A DNA stretch of 64,000 nt. It comes from a virus (lineage: Duplodnaviria; Caudoviricetes). A program made the position numbers and the translations under genes. The notes under the pieces are model-generated. The model was not told the origin of the DNA and made no database searches. It saw only the letters and a list, made by a program, of their open reading frames with translations. Positions 9,210 to 19,093 of the stretch are shown here, piece by piece. Numbering within the stretch: position 1 is the first letter of the stretch; every line of letters begins with the position of its first letter. The DNA lies in IMG/VR virus record IMGVR_UViG_3300017791_000021, positions 47,016-111,015 of that record. One strand, given 5' to 3'.

Positions 9210-9756
9210 ATGCTCTCCTAGTAATCACAATGTTGTTGTCGGAAGTGCGTAGCTGACGATCCAAATACTTGGACAGCTCATCAACGTCATCAAAGGTGAG
9301 ATTAGACTGAGCAATTCCAGACTTCATACTCACATCGAAATAGGTATCAGGACGCTTACGGAAGCGAATAGGAGAACCAACAGAGATACCTCCGAAGTGC
9401 GGAGGATTCAACCATCTATCAGAGCCAGCCAACTTGAACTGCACATTCTGATCAGAAAGGTAAGGAGCAATTCCGGGAGAGGTAGGCTCTTCCTTACGAA
9501 TGGCCGCGAACTGTCCCTCTGCCAGCATAGAAGAAACCTTCGCCATGGCCTCAGTCTTGTCTCCAGATGTCAGAACCTTCTTGTCAAAGGAATCAGTGAC
9601 CACATACTTAATCACTGGAGCTACACGAAACTCAGTACCAGAAGGAAACTCTGTGAGAGTTCCACAGTCGGCCCACTCGTTGTAATTCTCCTCAACCTTC
9701 CACGAAGGAAGCTGAGCCTTCAGCGTACGATACTGCACGCCATTAAGTACAGACAT
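9193..9756 (-). CDS. Hypothetical protein
   Basis: 187-aa ORF with GGAG RBS. Confidence 0.75.
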   Translation of the reverse strand: MSVLNGVQYRTLKAQLPSWKVEENYNEWADCGTLTEFPSGTEFRVAPVIKYVVTDSFDKKVLTSGDKTEAMAKVSSMLAEGQFAAIRKEEPTSPGIAPYLSDQNVQFKLAGSDRWLNPPHFGGISVGSPIRFRKRPDTYFDVSMKSGIAQSNLTFDDVDELSKYLDRQLRTSDNNIVITRRAYGLNI

Positions 9757-9758
9757 GT

Positions 9759-11318
9759 TTATTCTCCAAAGTAGTCCTTCAAGAACTGTGTTAGGTTTCT
9801 TGCTTCATTAGTTACTTTACCATCCGGGTCTGACATTCCAGTTAACACACCCCGGCTTACACGAGCCTTGTAATCTAGTCTCGATTTCTGATACTCCTCA
9901 ATGGAATCCCTGACAATAAGGTTGTCAATAAATACATTTCGGAATGTGGAAGAAGCTCTTACGTGTCTTCCATTTCTCTGCTTGAATGTCCCCGAACTCA
10001 TAGGCATATCGTAGTTAATCAAATGAGATGCCATGTACAAGTCCACACCATAGCCACCGGCATCAGAGGACAGGAAGACTCTAGCATCCTCAGAGAACTT
10101 TCGGATGGCATCGGCTCTCTGAGTACCGTTCAAACCACCATGAAACAGCACAGGATTGTACTTGTCAAGCCCTTCTGCCAGGAGTGGGAGCACTCCACGG
10201 AACCTAGCGAAGACGATGATCTTGTGTTCCGGATTCTCTTCCAGATACTCCGTAGCCAGATCTAGGCACGCCTCTAGCTTAGCCCCATGAGAGCCCTCAG
10301 GTGGCAGTCTCCCAGCCTCTAAGAGCGTGTGTGCGTACTTGGACCCACTAGGGTCTGAGGGGTCCGCATACGCCCGTGCAGAGCCTTCTAATAGTGTCGG
10401 GTCATCCAAGAGGAGATGTAACGCGAGAAGCCTTCCGGTGATAGCTCCCATGCTGGAATTGTCCTCACTCTTTTCCCCTGCATAGTATCGCGCAAGGTCT
10501 TTACTGACTGAGGGACCAGCACCATAGAGTTCTCGTAGGAGTTCTCTGGCGATTTGGTTATAGAGTCTTCTGGTTTCATCGTCCATTTCCACATAGGCGT
10601 TGTACTCTTCTACGGTTGGCATGAATGACGCTACGTCAGGATCGTCTCTCCTCTTTGAGATACAAGCTGTCATAAGTCGTGCATTTAGTTCAGGCATATT
10701 CTTATAGCCTGTGATGATATTGAATGAATTACGGATGATGTAATTCTCTTCAAAGAATTGCCAATTACCTAGAACGGAATCGTCAATCCATTGCATGATA
10801 GAGAATAGTTCTTCTGCCTTTCCATTCTCTACAGGTTCAGCAGTTAATCCAATTCGGTACTTCGGCTTTAGCTTTTTAATTGCTTTTGTCTGCTGAGTTC
10901 CGAAGTTCTTTATCGACGTTACTTCGTCTACTAGCACCAGCTCTGGATTTAGTTGCTTTACGAACTCTAGGTCTTTCACTACTTGGCGGATTCCCATTAT
11001 CAGATACGCCGGTCTCTGTTGGAGACATGCAGTGTAAACAGCCTTCCTCTTGGCAGGGGACAATGATCCATCCACCACTTGGATTGACTGTTCGTCTGTG
11101 AACTGCTCTATCCTCTCCTTCCATTGCACTGTCAAACTGCTGCTCATAATCAGAAGGGAACATTTAACATCACCTTTATCTCTTAGTTCTTCTATCGCGG
11201 CTATGGATACTACGGTCTTCCCTGTACCCAAATCCAACGCCAATAGGGCCTTACCCCTTTCTAGGATAAGGCCCTTGGCTTGTTCTTGGTACTCGCGTAA
11301 TTCGCCCTTAAAAGTCAT
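9759..11318 (-). CDS. SNF2/SF2 DNA helicase
   Basis: LREYQ, DLGTGKT Walker A, LVDEV Walker B, LTAEPVEN, C-terminal GGYGVDL and QRNGR motifs. Confidence 0.92.
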   Translation of the reverse strand: MTFKGELREYQEQAKGLILERGKALLALDLGTGKTVVSIAAIEELRDKGDVKCSLLIMSSSLTVQWKERIEQFTDEQSIQVVDGSLSPAKRKAVYTACLQQRPAYLIMGIRQVVKDLEFVKQLNPELVLVDEVTSIKNFGTQQTKAIKKLKPKYRIGLTAEPVENGKAEELFSIMQWIDDSVLGNWQFFEENYIIRNSFNIITGYKNMPELNARLMTACISKRRDDPDVASFMPTVEEYNAYVEMDDETRRLYNQIARELLRELYGAGPSVSKDLARYYAGEKSEDNSSMGAITGRLLALHLLLDDPTLLEGSARAYADPSDPSGSKYAHTLLEAGRLPPEGSHGAKLEACLDLATEYLEENPEHKIIVFARFRGVLPLLAEGLDKYNPVLFHGGLNGTQRADAIRKFSEDARVFLSSDAGGYGVDLYMASHLINYDMPMSSGTFKQRNGRHVRASSTFRNVFIDNLIVRDSIEEYQKSRLDYKARVSRGVLTGMSDPDGKVTNEARNLTQFLKDYFGE

Positions 11319-12316
11319 GGGCGATAGTTTAGCAGGCTTTTCGCTCTGAGTATAGCCTTCTGGATATCCTTATCGGTTACTCCTTCAGTACCCAGATCCT
11401 TTGCCCACGGAATATGCGAGTAGTCTGCGAACTTGATTCGCTTTCCACTCTTGAGGTATCGCTGTCTCAGTTCCCACATCTTCGCTAGGCCAACTTCATC
11501 GTTGTCCAGTGCGAAGATTACAATCTCTGCTCTATCGAATAGGAGATCAAGCTGTCGCTCAGTTACTCCTACACCAAAAGAAGAGACGCCACCACCAATA
11601 CCAGCAGTGTGTAGACGGAGACAATCGAGAGGACTTTCCAGTAGTACTGCCGTTGAGCCATTTAGTGTCTCGATTCCGAATAGAGTGTCACCCTTGGGAA
11701 CTCGCGCTGGCTTATTACAGAACCAGCCTGCACCCTTTTCCTGGTATCCCCATAGTGCCCCAGTATCAGGGTCACGTATGGGGAGAATCCAGTTGTCTCG
11801 TTCAGAGTCCCAGAGGACACCGTAGTGGGTTACCGCTCCCGAAGATACTCTTCGTCCGTCCAGTGCCGAGTGCGGTGGAGCATTGAAGAGCGCCAGTCGT
11901 GCTTCATTCCACGCTGGTACCCCCGCGTCTCGTTCGAGATCAGAAGTCCGCCCTTTGGAATCAGCCAGAATTCGTCGTAGTCGCTGGACTCCACCACGAT
12001 TACGGACCCATTGTTCTGCATCAGATCGATCATATCCCTTAACCTCCTGGACTAGGTAAACGAATGAACCACTGAAACCACACGCGAAACAGGAATGCTG
12101 ACCTGTCTCGATATTAACTGACCACTTGTTAGGGCGGGTGTTGTGCTTACCCACCCTTTCAAAGTGTCCTGGACAAATAGCCCAAGCTTCTTCATGGATG
12201 ATTCTTACAACGTCAATTCCAAGCTCTTCCAGACAGGCTAGAACATCGCCTGGAGTAGGTGTTCCTCGGTTATTCCAACCGTTAGAAACCCCCTGAGAAC
12301 GCTGAGGTGTCTTCAT
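11315..12316 (-). CDS. dnaG: DNA primase (Zn finger + TOPRIM)
   Basis: CPGH...CFACG Zn finger; LLESPLD and LDNDEVG TOPRIM motifs; next to DnaB. Confidence 0.9.
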   Translation of the reverse strand: MKTPQRSQGVSNGWNNRGTPTPGDVLACLEELGIDVVRIIHEEAWAICPGHFERVGKHNTRPNKWSVNIETGQHSCFACGFSGSFVYLVQEVKGYDRSDAEQWVRNRGGVQRLRRILADSKGRTSDLERDAGVPAWNEARLALFNAPPHSALDGRRVSSGAVTHYGVLWDSERDNWILPIRDPDTGALWGYQEKGAGWFCNKPARVPKGDTLFGIETLNGSTAVLLESPLDCLRLHTAGIGGGVSSFGVGVTERQLDLLFDRAEIVIFALDNDEVGLAKMWELRQRYLKSGKRIKFADYSHIPWAKDLGTEGVTDKDIQKAILRAKSLLNYRP

Positions 12317-13571
12317 CCATTAGCTCCCGATCAATGTCATCGTCCAGATCAAAGCCTTCCAGCTCTGTGAACTCTCCTGTGTCGTAGTCAAACAGTAGCA
12401 CGATCTCACATGGTGCACAAGAACGGGAGAGAAGGATCTTCATCTTCCGCATCTTCGTGTCCTCTGTACGCTCAATACCAATAACCGTGTTGCTGTACTG
12501 GACGAACGCACGAGAGCCCATGATGGAGTCGTTGTTCAGCGTCTCTCCCTTGGTACGAGCGGGAGTGGACTGCGTTACCGCGACAATGCAGATACTACGT
12601 CGCATCGCCAGAAACTTCAAGCCCGAGACGATGTTGGCAAGCGCAAGAGGAGTTCCCTTGTTCTCGCCCCGCTCATCCTCCATCATATATACACCATCTA
12701 CGATCACGATGTCAGGCTTGAAGATGTCGATCTTCGCACCAATAGATGTAACGGTCATGCAATCTTCCGAGATCAGCATAGGCGGAAGCTCTTCGGTCTT
12801 TCGGATACCTTCCTGAAGAGCTGTCCACTGAGCGTGATCAATCTGACCACTGTTCAGAAGGTTGTCGTTGAAACCAGCACGATAAGCATCAAGCCTACGT
12901 GTCTGTTCGTCAACCGTCTGCTCGTACGTCAGATACATTACACGATATCCGTCTTCCTGAATATTCATGGCAATCTTCATCGCCAAGGAAGACTTGGACG
13001 CCTTAGCCAGACCTGTGATAGTCACAAGCTGACCAGGCTGAAGGCCCTGTGTGGCCTTGTCGATCGTTGGGAAGCCTGTGGCGGCACCAACTAGCGTCCC
13101 AGGGTTGTTCTTGCGTTCTAGGTACCGCTCAAGCCTCTCAGTACCCGTTGTGGTGACATCCTCATCCCTAGGGTTGGGGATAGCAGTGTGCGCCTTGGAG
13201 ACAGTAACACCCAGGATGTTGACAGCGGCGTCGATGTCTCCCGCGTCATAGGCATCGTTGAACATATCAAGGTTCTCAGCGAGAACTCCGGAAATGTACT
13301 GACGCTCTACACGCTTCTTAATATCCTCCCACGGTTCAGCAACCTCAATGAGCTTGAGAGGCTTCTTTTCTGTGGGAGTTTTGAAGTCCATCATAAACAC
13401 ACGCTGAGTAGGTACGGAACCAATTTCAGCATAGTAATTCCTGATGAACTCAAACGCTGCTCTGTAATCAGGATCGTTCAAGAAATACGGAGGAACATCA
13501 GCGACTTCCGTCATGTCCTGATCTTGAATGATCTTAGAAATGAACATCTTCTCGACATTGAATGTCGCCAA
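12282..13571 (-). CDS. dnaB: DnaB-like replicative helicase
   Basis: TGFPTIDKATQGLQPGQLVTITG..KASKS, YEQT, IVIVDGVYMM, AVTQ motifs. Confidence 0.9.
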   Translation of the reverse strand: MATFNVEKMFISKIIQDQDMTEVADVPPYFLNDPDYRAAFEFIRNYYAEIGSVPTQRVFMMDFKTPTEKKPLKLIEVAEPWEDIKKRVERQYISGVLAENLDMFNDAYDAGDIDAAVNILGVTVSKAHTAIPNPRDEDVTTTGTERLERYLERKNNPGTLVGAATGFPTIDKATQGLQPGQLVTITGLAKASKSSLAMKIAMNIQEDGYRVMYLTYEQTVDEQTRRLDAYRAGFNDNLLNSGQIDHAQWTALQEGIRKTEELPPMLISEDCMTVTSIGAKIDIFKPDIVIVDGVYMMEDERGENKGTPLALANIVSGLKFLAMRRSICIVAVTQSTPARTKGETLNNDSIMGSRAFVQYSNTVIGIERTEDTKMRKMKILLSRSCAPCEIVLLFDYDTGEFTELEGFDLDDDIDRELMDEDTSAFSGGF

Positions 13572-13582
13572 AATACATCCTC

Positions 13583-14038
13583 CTAAGCCAGAAGTTGAAT
13601 CAAGTTGATCTGCTCAGGCGTACAGTAACGGCTCTTGCTTCCCCAAGTCAAGGTGCGCTTAGGGTCAGGGTCCAGTACGCCAATGATGGCAGGATCGTAT
13701 GTCAGATCAGCTAGTAGCGTCTCTGTATCGTAGTAGTGTACGTCACCGAACAATAGATTTCTACCGTCCAGTTTATCTCTGATTGCTGAAACAAAACCGG
13801 GATCTATAAAGGTGATCACGTCTACTCTGAAACGCTGTCGCCAATACAGATCCCGGATTCCTTGCGAAGTCTTGATATTCAATTGGTAATGGTCTGCAAC
13901 CTGTTCCCACTTTTTCCTTTTCCGCGCCAACAGCTCTGCGGTTCGGTCCTTGGGTGATGTCGGTGGCAGACCAATTAATCCTTCGAATACGATATAGACT
14001 CTGGGGAGAGTTTCAGAACTTAACTCACCCTTCCTCAC
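13583..14038 (-). CDS. Hypothetical protein
   Basis: 151-aa ORF in replication operon. Confidence 0.7.
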   Translation of the reverse strand: MRKGELSSETLPRVYIVFEGLIGLPPTSPKDRTAELLARKRKKWEQVADHYQLNIKTSQGIRDLYWRQRFRVDVITFIDPGFVSAIRDKLDGRNLLFGDVHYYDTETLLADLTYDPAIIGVLDPDPKRTLTWGSKSRYCTPEQINLIQLLA

Positions 14039-14192
14039 TCAACATCGCCTCAATCTGCGCATGAATACGATCCGAATAGAACTGAATCCATCGGTCGTCC
14101 ATCTCTTCCAGTGTCAGTGGGTCGGAAGCTACACTCTCATCCTCAGGTACCCAGTCGTCAGGGTCCTCTCCACCGTACAGCACGTTAGACAT
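14025..14192 (-). CDS. Small acidic hypothetical protein
   Basis: Start re-assigned to ATG 14192 behind GAGGAG. Confidence 0.55.
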   Translation of the reverse strand: MSNVLYGGEDPDDWVPEDESVASDPLTLEEMDDRWIQFYSDRIHAQIEAMLSEEG

Positions 14193-14523
14193 TTTGTGTC
14201 TCCTCGTAAGTTCCATTGCAGCAACCATCACAGCCATGGACTCCCATGCCGTGACTACCTTGTCGTGCATAAAAGGCTACACTATCCGGATCACTGTGTC
14301 CAATACCATGATCGCAAAAGCGCTCAGCGAACCCATGGGGTTTACCACTGAACGGACTTCCTACACGAAGTATCAGCTTAGCATCTTTCATCGGGTGATC
14401 AGAAGGGTTGTGGATGGTGCAATGCGTTCCCTCACAAAGAGAAGCCTTATGCACCTTCCACACCGTTCCGGAGTCATCTGTGAGACGATCGTAGGACCAG
14501 CGCTTATTCTGTTGTAGCTTCAT
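14185..14523 (-). CDS. Cys/His-rich hypothetical protein
   Basis: CTIHNPSDH, ERFCDHGIGHSDPD, HGCDGCC motifs. Confidence 0.75.
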   Translation of the reverse strand: MKLQQNKRWSYDRLTDDSGTVWKVHKASLCEGTHCTIHNPSDHPMKDAKLILRVGSPFSGKPHGFAERFCDHGIGHSDPDSVAFYARQGSHGMGVHGCDGCCNGTYEETQNV

Positions 14524-14717
14524 CTAGGATCAATCTCACAATAGATGGCGTTCCCCTTACTCTGATTGATTACTCGGTGGGGATTCTTAGTGTGCTTTGC
14601 GGAAGTCCGGCAGATATTAGATCCACCGGACTTCCGTACCCGATGCACGTCATGCCAATTCCCATTCATCTTGACCTGGAGCATGTATGTGTCATCTCTG
14701 TCATGCGTTACAGCCAT
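14520..14717 (-). CDS. Hypothetical protein
   Basis: Coupled between PNK and the next gene. Confidence 0.6.
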   Translation of the reverse strand: MAVTHDRDDTYMLQVKMNGNWHDVHRVRKSGGSNICRTSAKHTKNPHRVINQSKGNAIYCEIDPR

Positions 14718-15616
14718 TAGAAATCTCCGTCTGCCACCTGGAGAACCTTGATCCCCAGCTTACGAATACGTCGGACAACCCTGTTGCGGTCATCCAGCCA
14801 CACGTGAACACGGTACTCGTCACGCACGTACTTGTCAAACAGGTGTTGCTTGACATCCGCATCGTTGATTCCCTGCATGTCAGCCGGACGCATGAACAGG
14901 TGATCAAACGTCACACCATGCCCATGCAGCCAATCCGCAGTGTCCTGACGGACGTTGTTGATATCCGGACGACCAGACATAATGATGATCTCGTATCCAT
15001 CATCAGCGTACAGGTTGACCAGATTGATAATCGACTGGAACGGACCATCAGTCAGCACGCGGCTGTAGTCGTACGGAGAGCGCGCAATGTGCTCAGCAAG
15101 GGTTCCGTCCACGTCCACCACGATAGCCGCAGAGGAGCCGTCCTGAGGCACGTACAGAGGCGACAGGACCACATCGTTCATGAACTCAGGGGTCAGCCTC
15201 CAAGGCTTCTGGAGCTGTCGCGCCATATTCCGGATGACAGTCTCACCAACCGGCTCATCTCGCTGTGAATCGCGCTCAATGCAGGTCTCTACAGGAACAT
15301 TGGTGAAGTCAGCAACAAGGAATTCCACATCCCCGTCAAAAAGCTTCTTGATTCGAGTAGGAGATTTCTTGTTCAGGTTGGTGTCGTGAACAATAACGTC
15401 CTTACCTTCCTTGATAGCACGAACGATAATGTCATCCTGAATCTTGGATACCAGATCCTCCTGACCCTTAGTGCCGACAGGAAAGCATCCAATCATTGCA
15501 CGAATATCATCACGAGAAACCAGAACGATCTGCTCAGGGTCCTGCATCTGATGAGCAGTTGCCCACGTGCTCTTACCCGATCCCGGAAGACCAGTGGTCA
15601 GGATAATCTTGCGCAT
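14717..15616 (-). CDS. pseT: Polynucleotide 5'-kinase / 3'-phosphatase (T4 PNK-like)
   Basis: GLPGSGKST P-loop, SRDDIR, DTNL; HAD domain DVDGTL, SGR, DDR. Confidence 0.95.
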   Translation of the reverse strand: MRKIILTTGLPGSGKSTWATAHQMQDPEQIVLVSRDDIRAMIGCFPVGTKGQEDLVSKIQDDIIVRAIKEGKDVIVHDTNLNKKSPTRIKKLFDGDVEFLVADFTNVPVETCIERDSQRDEPVGETVIRNMARQLQKPWRLTPEFMNDVVLSPLYVPQDGSSAAIVVDVDGTLAEHIARSPYDYSRVLTDGPFQSIINLVNLYADDGYEIIIMSGRPDINNVRQDTADWLHGHGVTFDHLFMRPADMQGINDADVKQHLFDKYVRDEYRVHVWLDDRNRVVRRIRKLGIKVLQVADGDF

Positions 15617-15753
15617 TATTTCTCCTTAACTTGCTCTCTAGTGGCGTCTAATATTGCTTTGAAATCTTTTCGGTGCCAGACTAATCGTTCTAGTATATTC
15701 ATAGACATACCAGCAGCGATACCAGCTATTAATGCGATTAGAAATTCGTGCAC
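15616..15753 (-). CDS. 45-aa single-pass membrane microprotein (below ORF-track cutoff)
   Basis: GTG behind AAGGAG; MHEFLIALIAGIAAGMSMNILERLVWHRKDFKAILDATREQVKEK; TAATG overlap with PNK start. Confidence 0.7.
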   Translation of the reverse strand: MHEFLIALIAGIAAGMSMNILERLVWHRKDFKAILDATREQVKEK

Positions 15754-15758
15754 AAGAT

Positions 15759-15818
15759 CTCCTTGTTAGATAAATCCAAAAGGACTCTCAGCATACTGAG
15801 AATCCCTTTGAATTGACC
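15759..15818 (-). promoter_or_regulatory. Intergenic hairpin element, type 2 copy A
   Basis: Minus strand GGTC-AA-TTCAAAGGG-stem/loop-TTTGGATTTATCTAACAAGGAG. Confidence 0.6.
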
Positions 15819-16448
15819 TTACTTAGCGTGCAGCTTCTTCAGAATTGCCGGGTCCATCGGCTGAGCGGGCATCTCAATAGCCTTGAGACTAAGCGGAGAA
15901 GACTCTATCATGACCGTTGCAGCCGTTACACAGGACTGGTGGTAACCACCCTGAGCATCGAACCAGAAGATACCATCACTGCCACATGCGCTACCACCAT
16001 AGGATAGGTCATCCTGCGGCATCGGAACAGCCTGAGATCCATCATTGTACTGACCGATCTTGTAAATACCATCGGTAGCAGTCATCTGCGAATCCATGGA
16101 ACTGATCTTACCCTTAACCGTAGAGAAGAACACCTCACTGCGACCGCTCGGGAAGATGTAAATGTACTGAGTCTTGCTCTCGTCATTCAGGAACAGATCC
16201 CGCTCACGCAGCATCTTCAGCTCCAGAGGATTGTGCATCTGAGAAGCAGGGTACTGATTCTCAACGTTCTTCAGCGCCTCGTTGTACGCCTTGATCGTCT
16301 CCTGCTCATTCTGGTTCTGAATCTGATTGACGCTCTTTACATCCTGGCCAACCTTCGGAGAAGAACCACCATCACCCATACACGCGGTAGAAGTACCCGC
16401 GATGAGAGCGACAGCACCAGCAGCCAGAGCGATACGCTTGCCATTCAT
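15819..16448 (-). CDS. Lipoprotein
   Basis: Signal peptide with STAC lipobox; GKISS, DLSYG, GIFWF motifs. Confidence 0.8.
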   Translation of the reverse strand: MNGKRIALAAGAVALIAGTSTACMGDGGSSPKVGQDVKSVNQIQNQNEQETIKAYNEALKNVENQYPASQMHNPLELKMLRERDLFLNDESKTQYIYIFPSGRSEVFFSTVKGKISSMDSQMTATDGIYKIGQYNDGSQAVPMPQDDLSYGGSACGSDGIFWFDAQGGYHQSCVTAATVMIESSPLSLKAIEMPAQPMDPAILKKLHAK

Positions 16449-16470
16449 TTATTTGCCTCCTGTTTGGAAT

Positions 16471-16872
16471 TTAGTTGCAGGTGTCGGTGTCGAACTGTGT
16501 AGGAAGCGTATCAGGCTTCCAGTCCTTCATCAAGGGCTGAGTCTGGAGACCGTTGTAGGTCTGGACATCCTCATTACAGGCAGTCTGAGCGGTCAGGATG
16601 AATCCCTGAGGGTCTGAATCCTTGTAGGTGCTCCGAACGGTGGCAAGGTTCGCCACGTCGCGCTGTACGTCCTTGTAGGCAGCCTGCCAAGTACCCGCAG
16701 CAGCCACACGGTTAGAGACTTCCTGGTTCTGCTTGTGCTCTTGACCGTTGTTGTAGGTACCGCTGAAGATCACACCACCAGCCCAAAGGCCAACAGGCAG
16801 ACCCACAAGCAGCAGAGCCCCACCGGTAATAGCAGCAGCAACAGCGAGCTTGCTTGGATCATTCTTTGACAC
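16471..16872 (-). CDS. Membrane-anchored protein
   Basis: N-terminal hydrophobic helix, helical soluble domain. Confidence 0.75.
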   Translation of the reverse strand: MSKNDPSKLAVAAAITGGALLLVGLPVGLWAGGVIFSGTYNNGQEHKQNQEVSNRVAAAGTWQAAYKDVQRDVANLATVRSTYKDSDPQGFILTAQTACNEDVQTYNGLQTQPLMKDWKPDTLPTQFDTDTCN

Positions 16873-16880
16873 TAGTTTTC

Positions 16881-16941
16881 CTCCTTGTTAGATAATTCCA
16901 AGGGGTGCCGCATACGAGATGCGGAACCCTTTGAAACGACC
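16881..16941 (-). promoter_or_regulatory. Intergenic hairpin element, type 2 copy B
   Basis: Minus strand GGTC-GT-TTCAAAGGG-stem/loop-CTTGGAATTATCTAACAAGGAG. Confidence 0.6.
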
Positions 16942-17219
16942 TACAGATCAAGAGCGGCACGAACAGAATTCACCGCATCATCATAGCCCTCTTCATAACC
17001 AGCCTCTCGGCCATTGTCATAACCAGAGTCATAGCCTCGGTCGTAGTGGACGTTCTCTTCGTCCTCCTGACCCTCAGCGTACGCCTCATTGAAGAAGCGG
17101 TCAAGGAAGTCACTCAGCGCCTCCTCAAGGTTACGAGCGTCATACGGATTATCAGGGATCGTAACCCCGTGATCCGTAAGCGCACCGACAATCTCAACTA
17201 CTCCCTTGTAAGCATCCAT
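16941..17219 (-). CDS. Acidic hypothetical protein with GYxx repeats
   Basis: YDRGYDSGYDNGREAGYEEGYDDA. Confidence 0.7.
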   Translation of the reverse strand: MDAYKGVVEIVGALTDHGVTIPDNPYDARNLEEALSDFLDRFFNEAYAEGQEDEENVHYDRGYDSGYDNGREAGYEEGYDDAVNSVRAALDL

Positions 17220-17220
17220 C

Positions 17221-17457
17221 TTAGAACTCCTTCTCCTCGCTGTACTTGCTCTCGGCCTTGTTCAGCATATCCGCTACTGTCTCTTCAAGCAACTCGAACT
17301 CTGCGAAGCAGTCAACCATCTCGGCCCATGCTTCCTTCAGAGCCTCAGGCACATCGTAGTCCTCAATGTCTCGAAGACCGTACTCCAGTACCGAGACGAT
17401 TCCACCCTCCCAATCGATCTTGGAGAGCAGGTCAAAGATGTTGTACGATTCCCTCAT
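17221..17457 (-). CDS. Hypothetical protein
   Basis: Tightly packed ORF, KIDWEGG motif. Confidence 0.7.
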   Translation of the reverse strand: MRESYNIFDLLSKIDWEGGIVSVLEYGLRDIEDYDVPEALKEAWAEMVDCFAEFELLEETVADMLNKAESKYSEEKEF

Positions 17458-18135
17458 TTAATCCTCAGTCTTTCGTGTGTCAGGACCCACAATAACCAGT
17501 GGATCAAAAGCATCGTAACGGAAGCTGTCGAAAGACTCTCCATAGGTCTCTGAGATACGGGACAGACTTACGTTCGTAGTAACAATGGTCGGTCGTGCTG
17601 CCTCATACCTTACACGAAGCAGCTCATGCAGGGAAGACTCAGTGAAGCCAGAGGATGTGCGGTGCTCCTGTCCAATATCGTCAAGGACAACAAGCGACGA
17701 CAGCTCAACCAGCTTCAGAATCTTGCGAGCCTTCACCTTCTCTTCAGTATCTTCCTTGACGAAGGTGTCTGTCAATGCCTTCTTCCAATCGGAGAACCGA
17801 ATGTAGAAGACACGGTATGACGGACTACGATACTGAATTTCGGTCAGAATAGCATTAGCCAGAGTAGACTTCCTAGTCCCATTACGACCAGCCAGGAGAA
17901 GACCACGGCCAATATTAGAACGATCAGCCGGAAATATACCGGCAGCGGCTCGTTTGGAGGATACATACCTCTCCTCAAAATTGTCAACGAATTCGGCCGC
18001 CGCACGCTTGGCAACTACGCCAGACTGGTGCGGATGATTGTACTCTTCCAGGCGAGTGCCACGGAACTTGATGGGAATGTTAGCCTGCTCCCAACGCTGG
18101 GCATAAAACTCATCAGAGAGCTTAGGTGTCACCAT
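17458..18135 (-). CDS. DnaC/IstB-like AAA+ ATPase (helicase loader)
   Basis: IPIKF, GLLLAGRNGTRKS Walker A, LVVLDDIG Walker B, PTIVTTN, GPDTR; start re-assigned to ATG 18135. Confidence 0.88.
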   Translation of the reverse strand: MVTPKLSDEFYAQRWEQANIPIKFRGTRLEEYNHPHQSGVVAKRAAAEFVDNFEERYVSSKRAAAGIFPADRSNIGRGLLLAGRNGTRKSTLANAILTEIQYRSPSYRVFYIRFSDWKKALTDTFVKEDTEEKVKARKILKLVELSSLVVLDDIGQEHRTSSGFTESSLHELLRVRYEAARPTIVTTNVSLSRISETYGESFDSFRYDAFDPLVIVGPDTRKTED

Positions 18136-18508
18136 GCTTCTGTTCCCACTCCTCTTCAATAAGGTCCCATTCGCTCTTAGCAGCGACAGGATTGAGCCTA
18201 GCAGATATCTGCTCAGCCTGATTCAGGAAGTCTGTCCATCCAGGGTTCCTACCCCTCAAAGATGCGTCCTCCATGTACAGGTCGATCATAGCCTTGACTG
18301 TATCAGAGTCCGTGCGAGACTTCCACTTGGCAAACTGACCAGCTAGGGCACGGACATTGACCATGCCAAATCCGGAATGCCATGTAGCTCCAATGAATTT
18401 ATCCTGGAAATACTTGGCAAGTTCTACTGAATTAAAAGACGACTTAACGGGGATCTCCTCTTCCTTTGGAGATCCCCACAAGTCGTCCCAAAGATCTTGG
18501 GCTGTCAT
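18122..18508 (-). CDS. Hypothetical protein (possible replication-initiation partner)
   Basis: Helical ORF immediately upstream of the DnaC-like gene; role inferred from position only. Confidence 0.65.
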   Translation of the reverse strand: MTAQDLWDDLWGSPKEEEIPVKSSFNSVELAKYFQDKFIGATWHSGFGMVNVRALAGQFAKWKSRTDSDTVKAMIDLYMEDASLRGRNPGWTDFLNQAEQISARLNPVAAKSEWDLIEEEWEQKHGDT

Positions 18509-18795
18509 TATTCTCCTGTAAGTGAATTCACATGTCGAACCCTGAGAGAGACATCAGTAGGAGAGTCATCCATGTACAGGTAATAAGTTCCCTTGCTAAT
18601 GAATTCCCACTTAAAGGTGCCAGGCTCCTCAGCATCCTCATCACCAGATTGCCACTTGTCATAGAAGGCATCCTTGTAATCCTGAATACCACAGAACTCA
18701 GCGTACGGCTGAGTGTCATACAACTGATTACCTGCCCATTCAGGCCAGGTCTCCATGATGATTTCAAAGACAAACTCAGACGTCTCGTTCTGCAT
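18508..18795 (-). CDS. Hypothetical protein
   Basis: Acidic ORF; start probably ATG 18795. Confidence 0.6.
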   Translation of the reverse strand: MQNETSEFVFEIIMETWPEWAGNQLYDTQPYAEFCGIQDYKDAFYDKWQSGDEDAEEPGTFKWEFISKGTYYLYMDDSPTDVSLRVRHVNSLTGE

Positions 18796-19093
18796 TCTGC
18801 TTTTCCCTTTCAATCAAGTAGTCAAGATAGTGCCGAGCCTTCTCAAGATCCTCTAGACCATTCTTGGCTCGGTAGCGCATGACGTACTTAATCACGTTAC
18901 CTTCCCAGAAGTCAAGGGCTCCACGGGCAATCACTTCCCAGGGCTGAATACCTAGCGTCTCATAGTGATTGCCTCCCACCTGCTTAGCCGTAATCTCAGG
19001 AGTAAACTCATGGAATCCATGAGGATTACAGCCTGTAGGCTTTCCCATGTGGGCACCCTCAGGACACCCACAAGTACACTTCTTTTTCTCCAT
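18776..19093 (-). CDS. DUF3310 / SaV-like protein (T7 gp1.7 nucleotide-kinase-like)
   Basis: QVGGNHY, FWEGNVIKYVMRYRAKNGLEDLEKARHYL signature. Confidence 0.85.
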   Translation of the reverse strand: MEKKKCTCGCPEGAHMGKPTGCNPHGFHEFTPEITAKQVGGNHYETLGIQPWEVIARGALDFWEGNVIKYVMRYRAKNGLEDLEKARHYLDYLIEREKQNAERDV

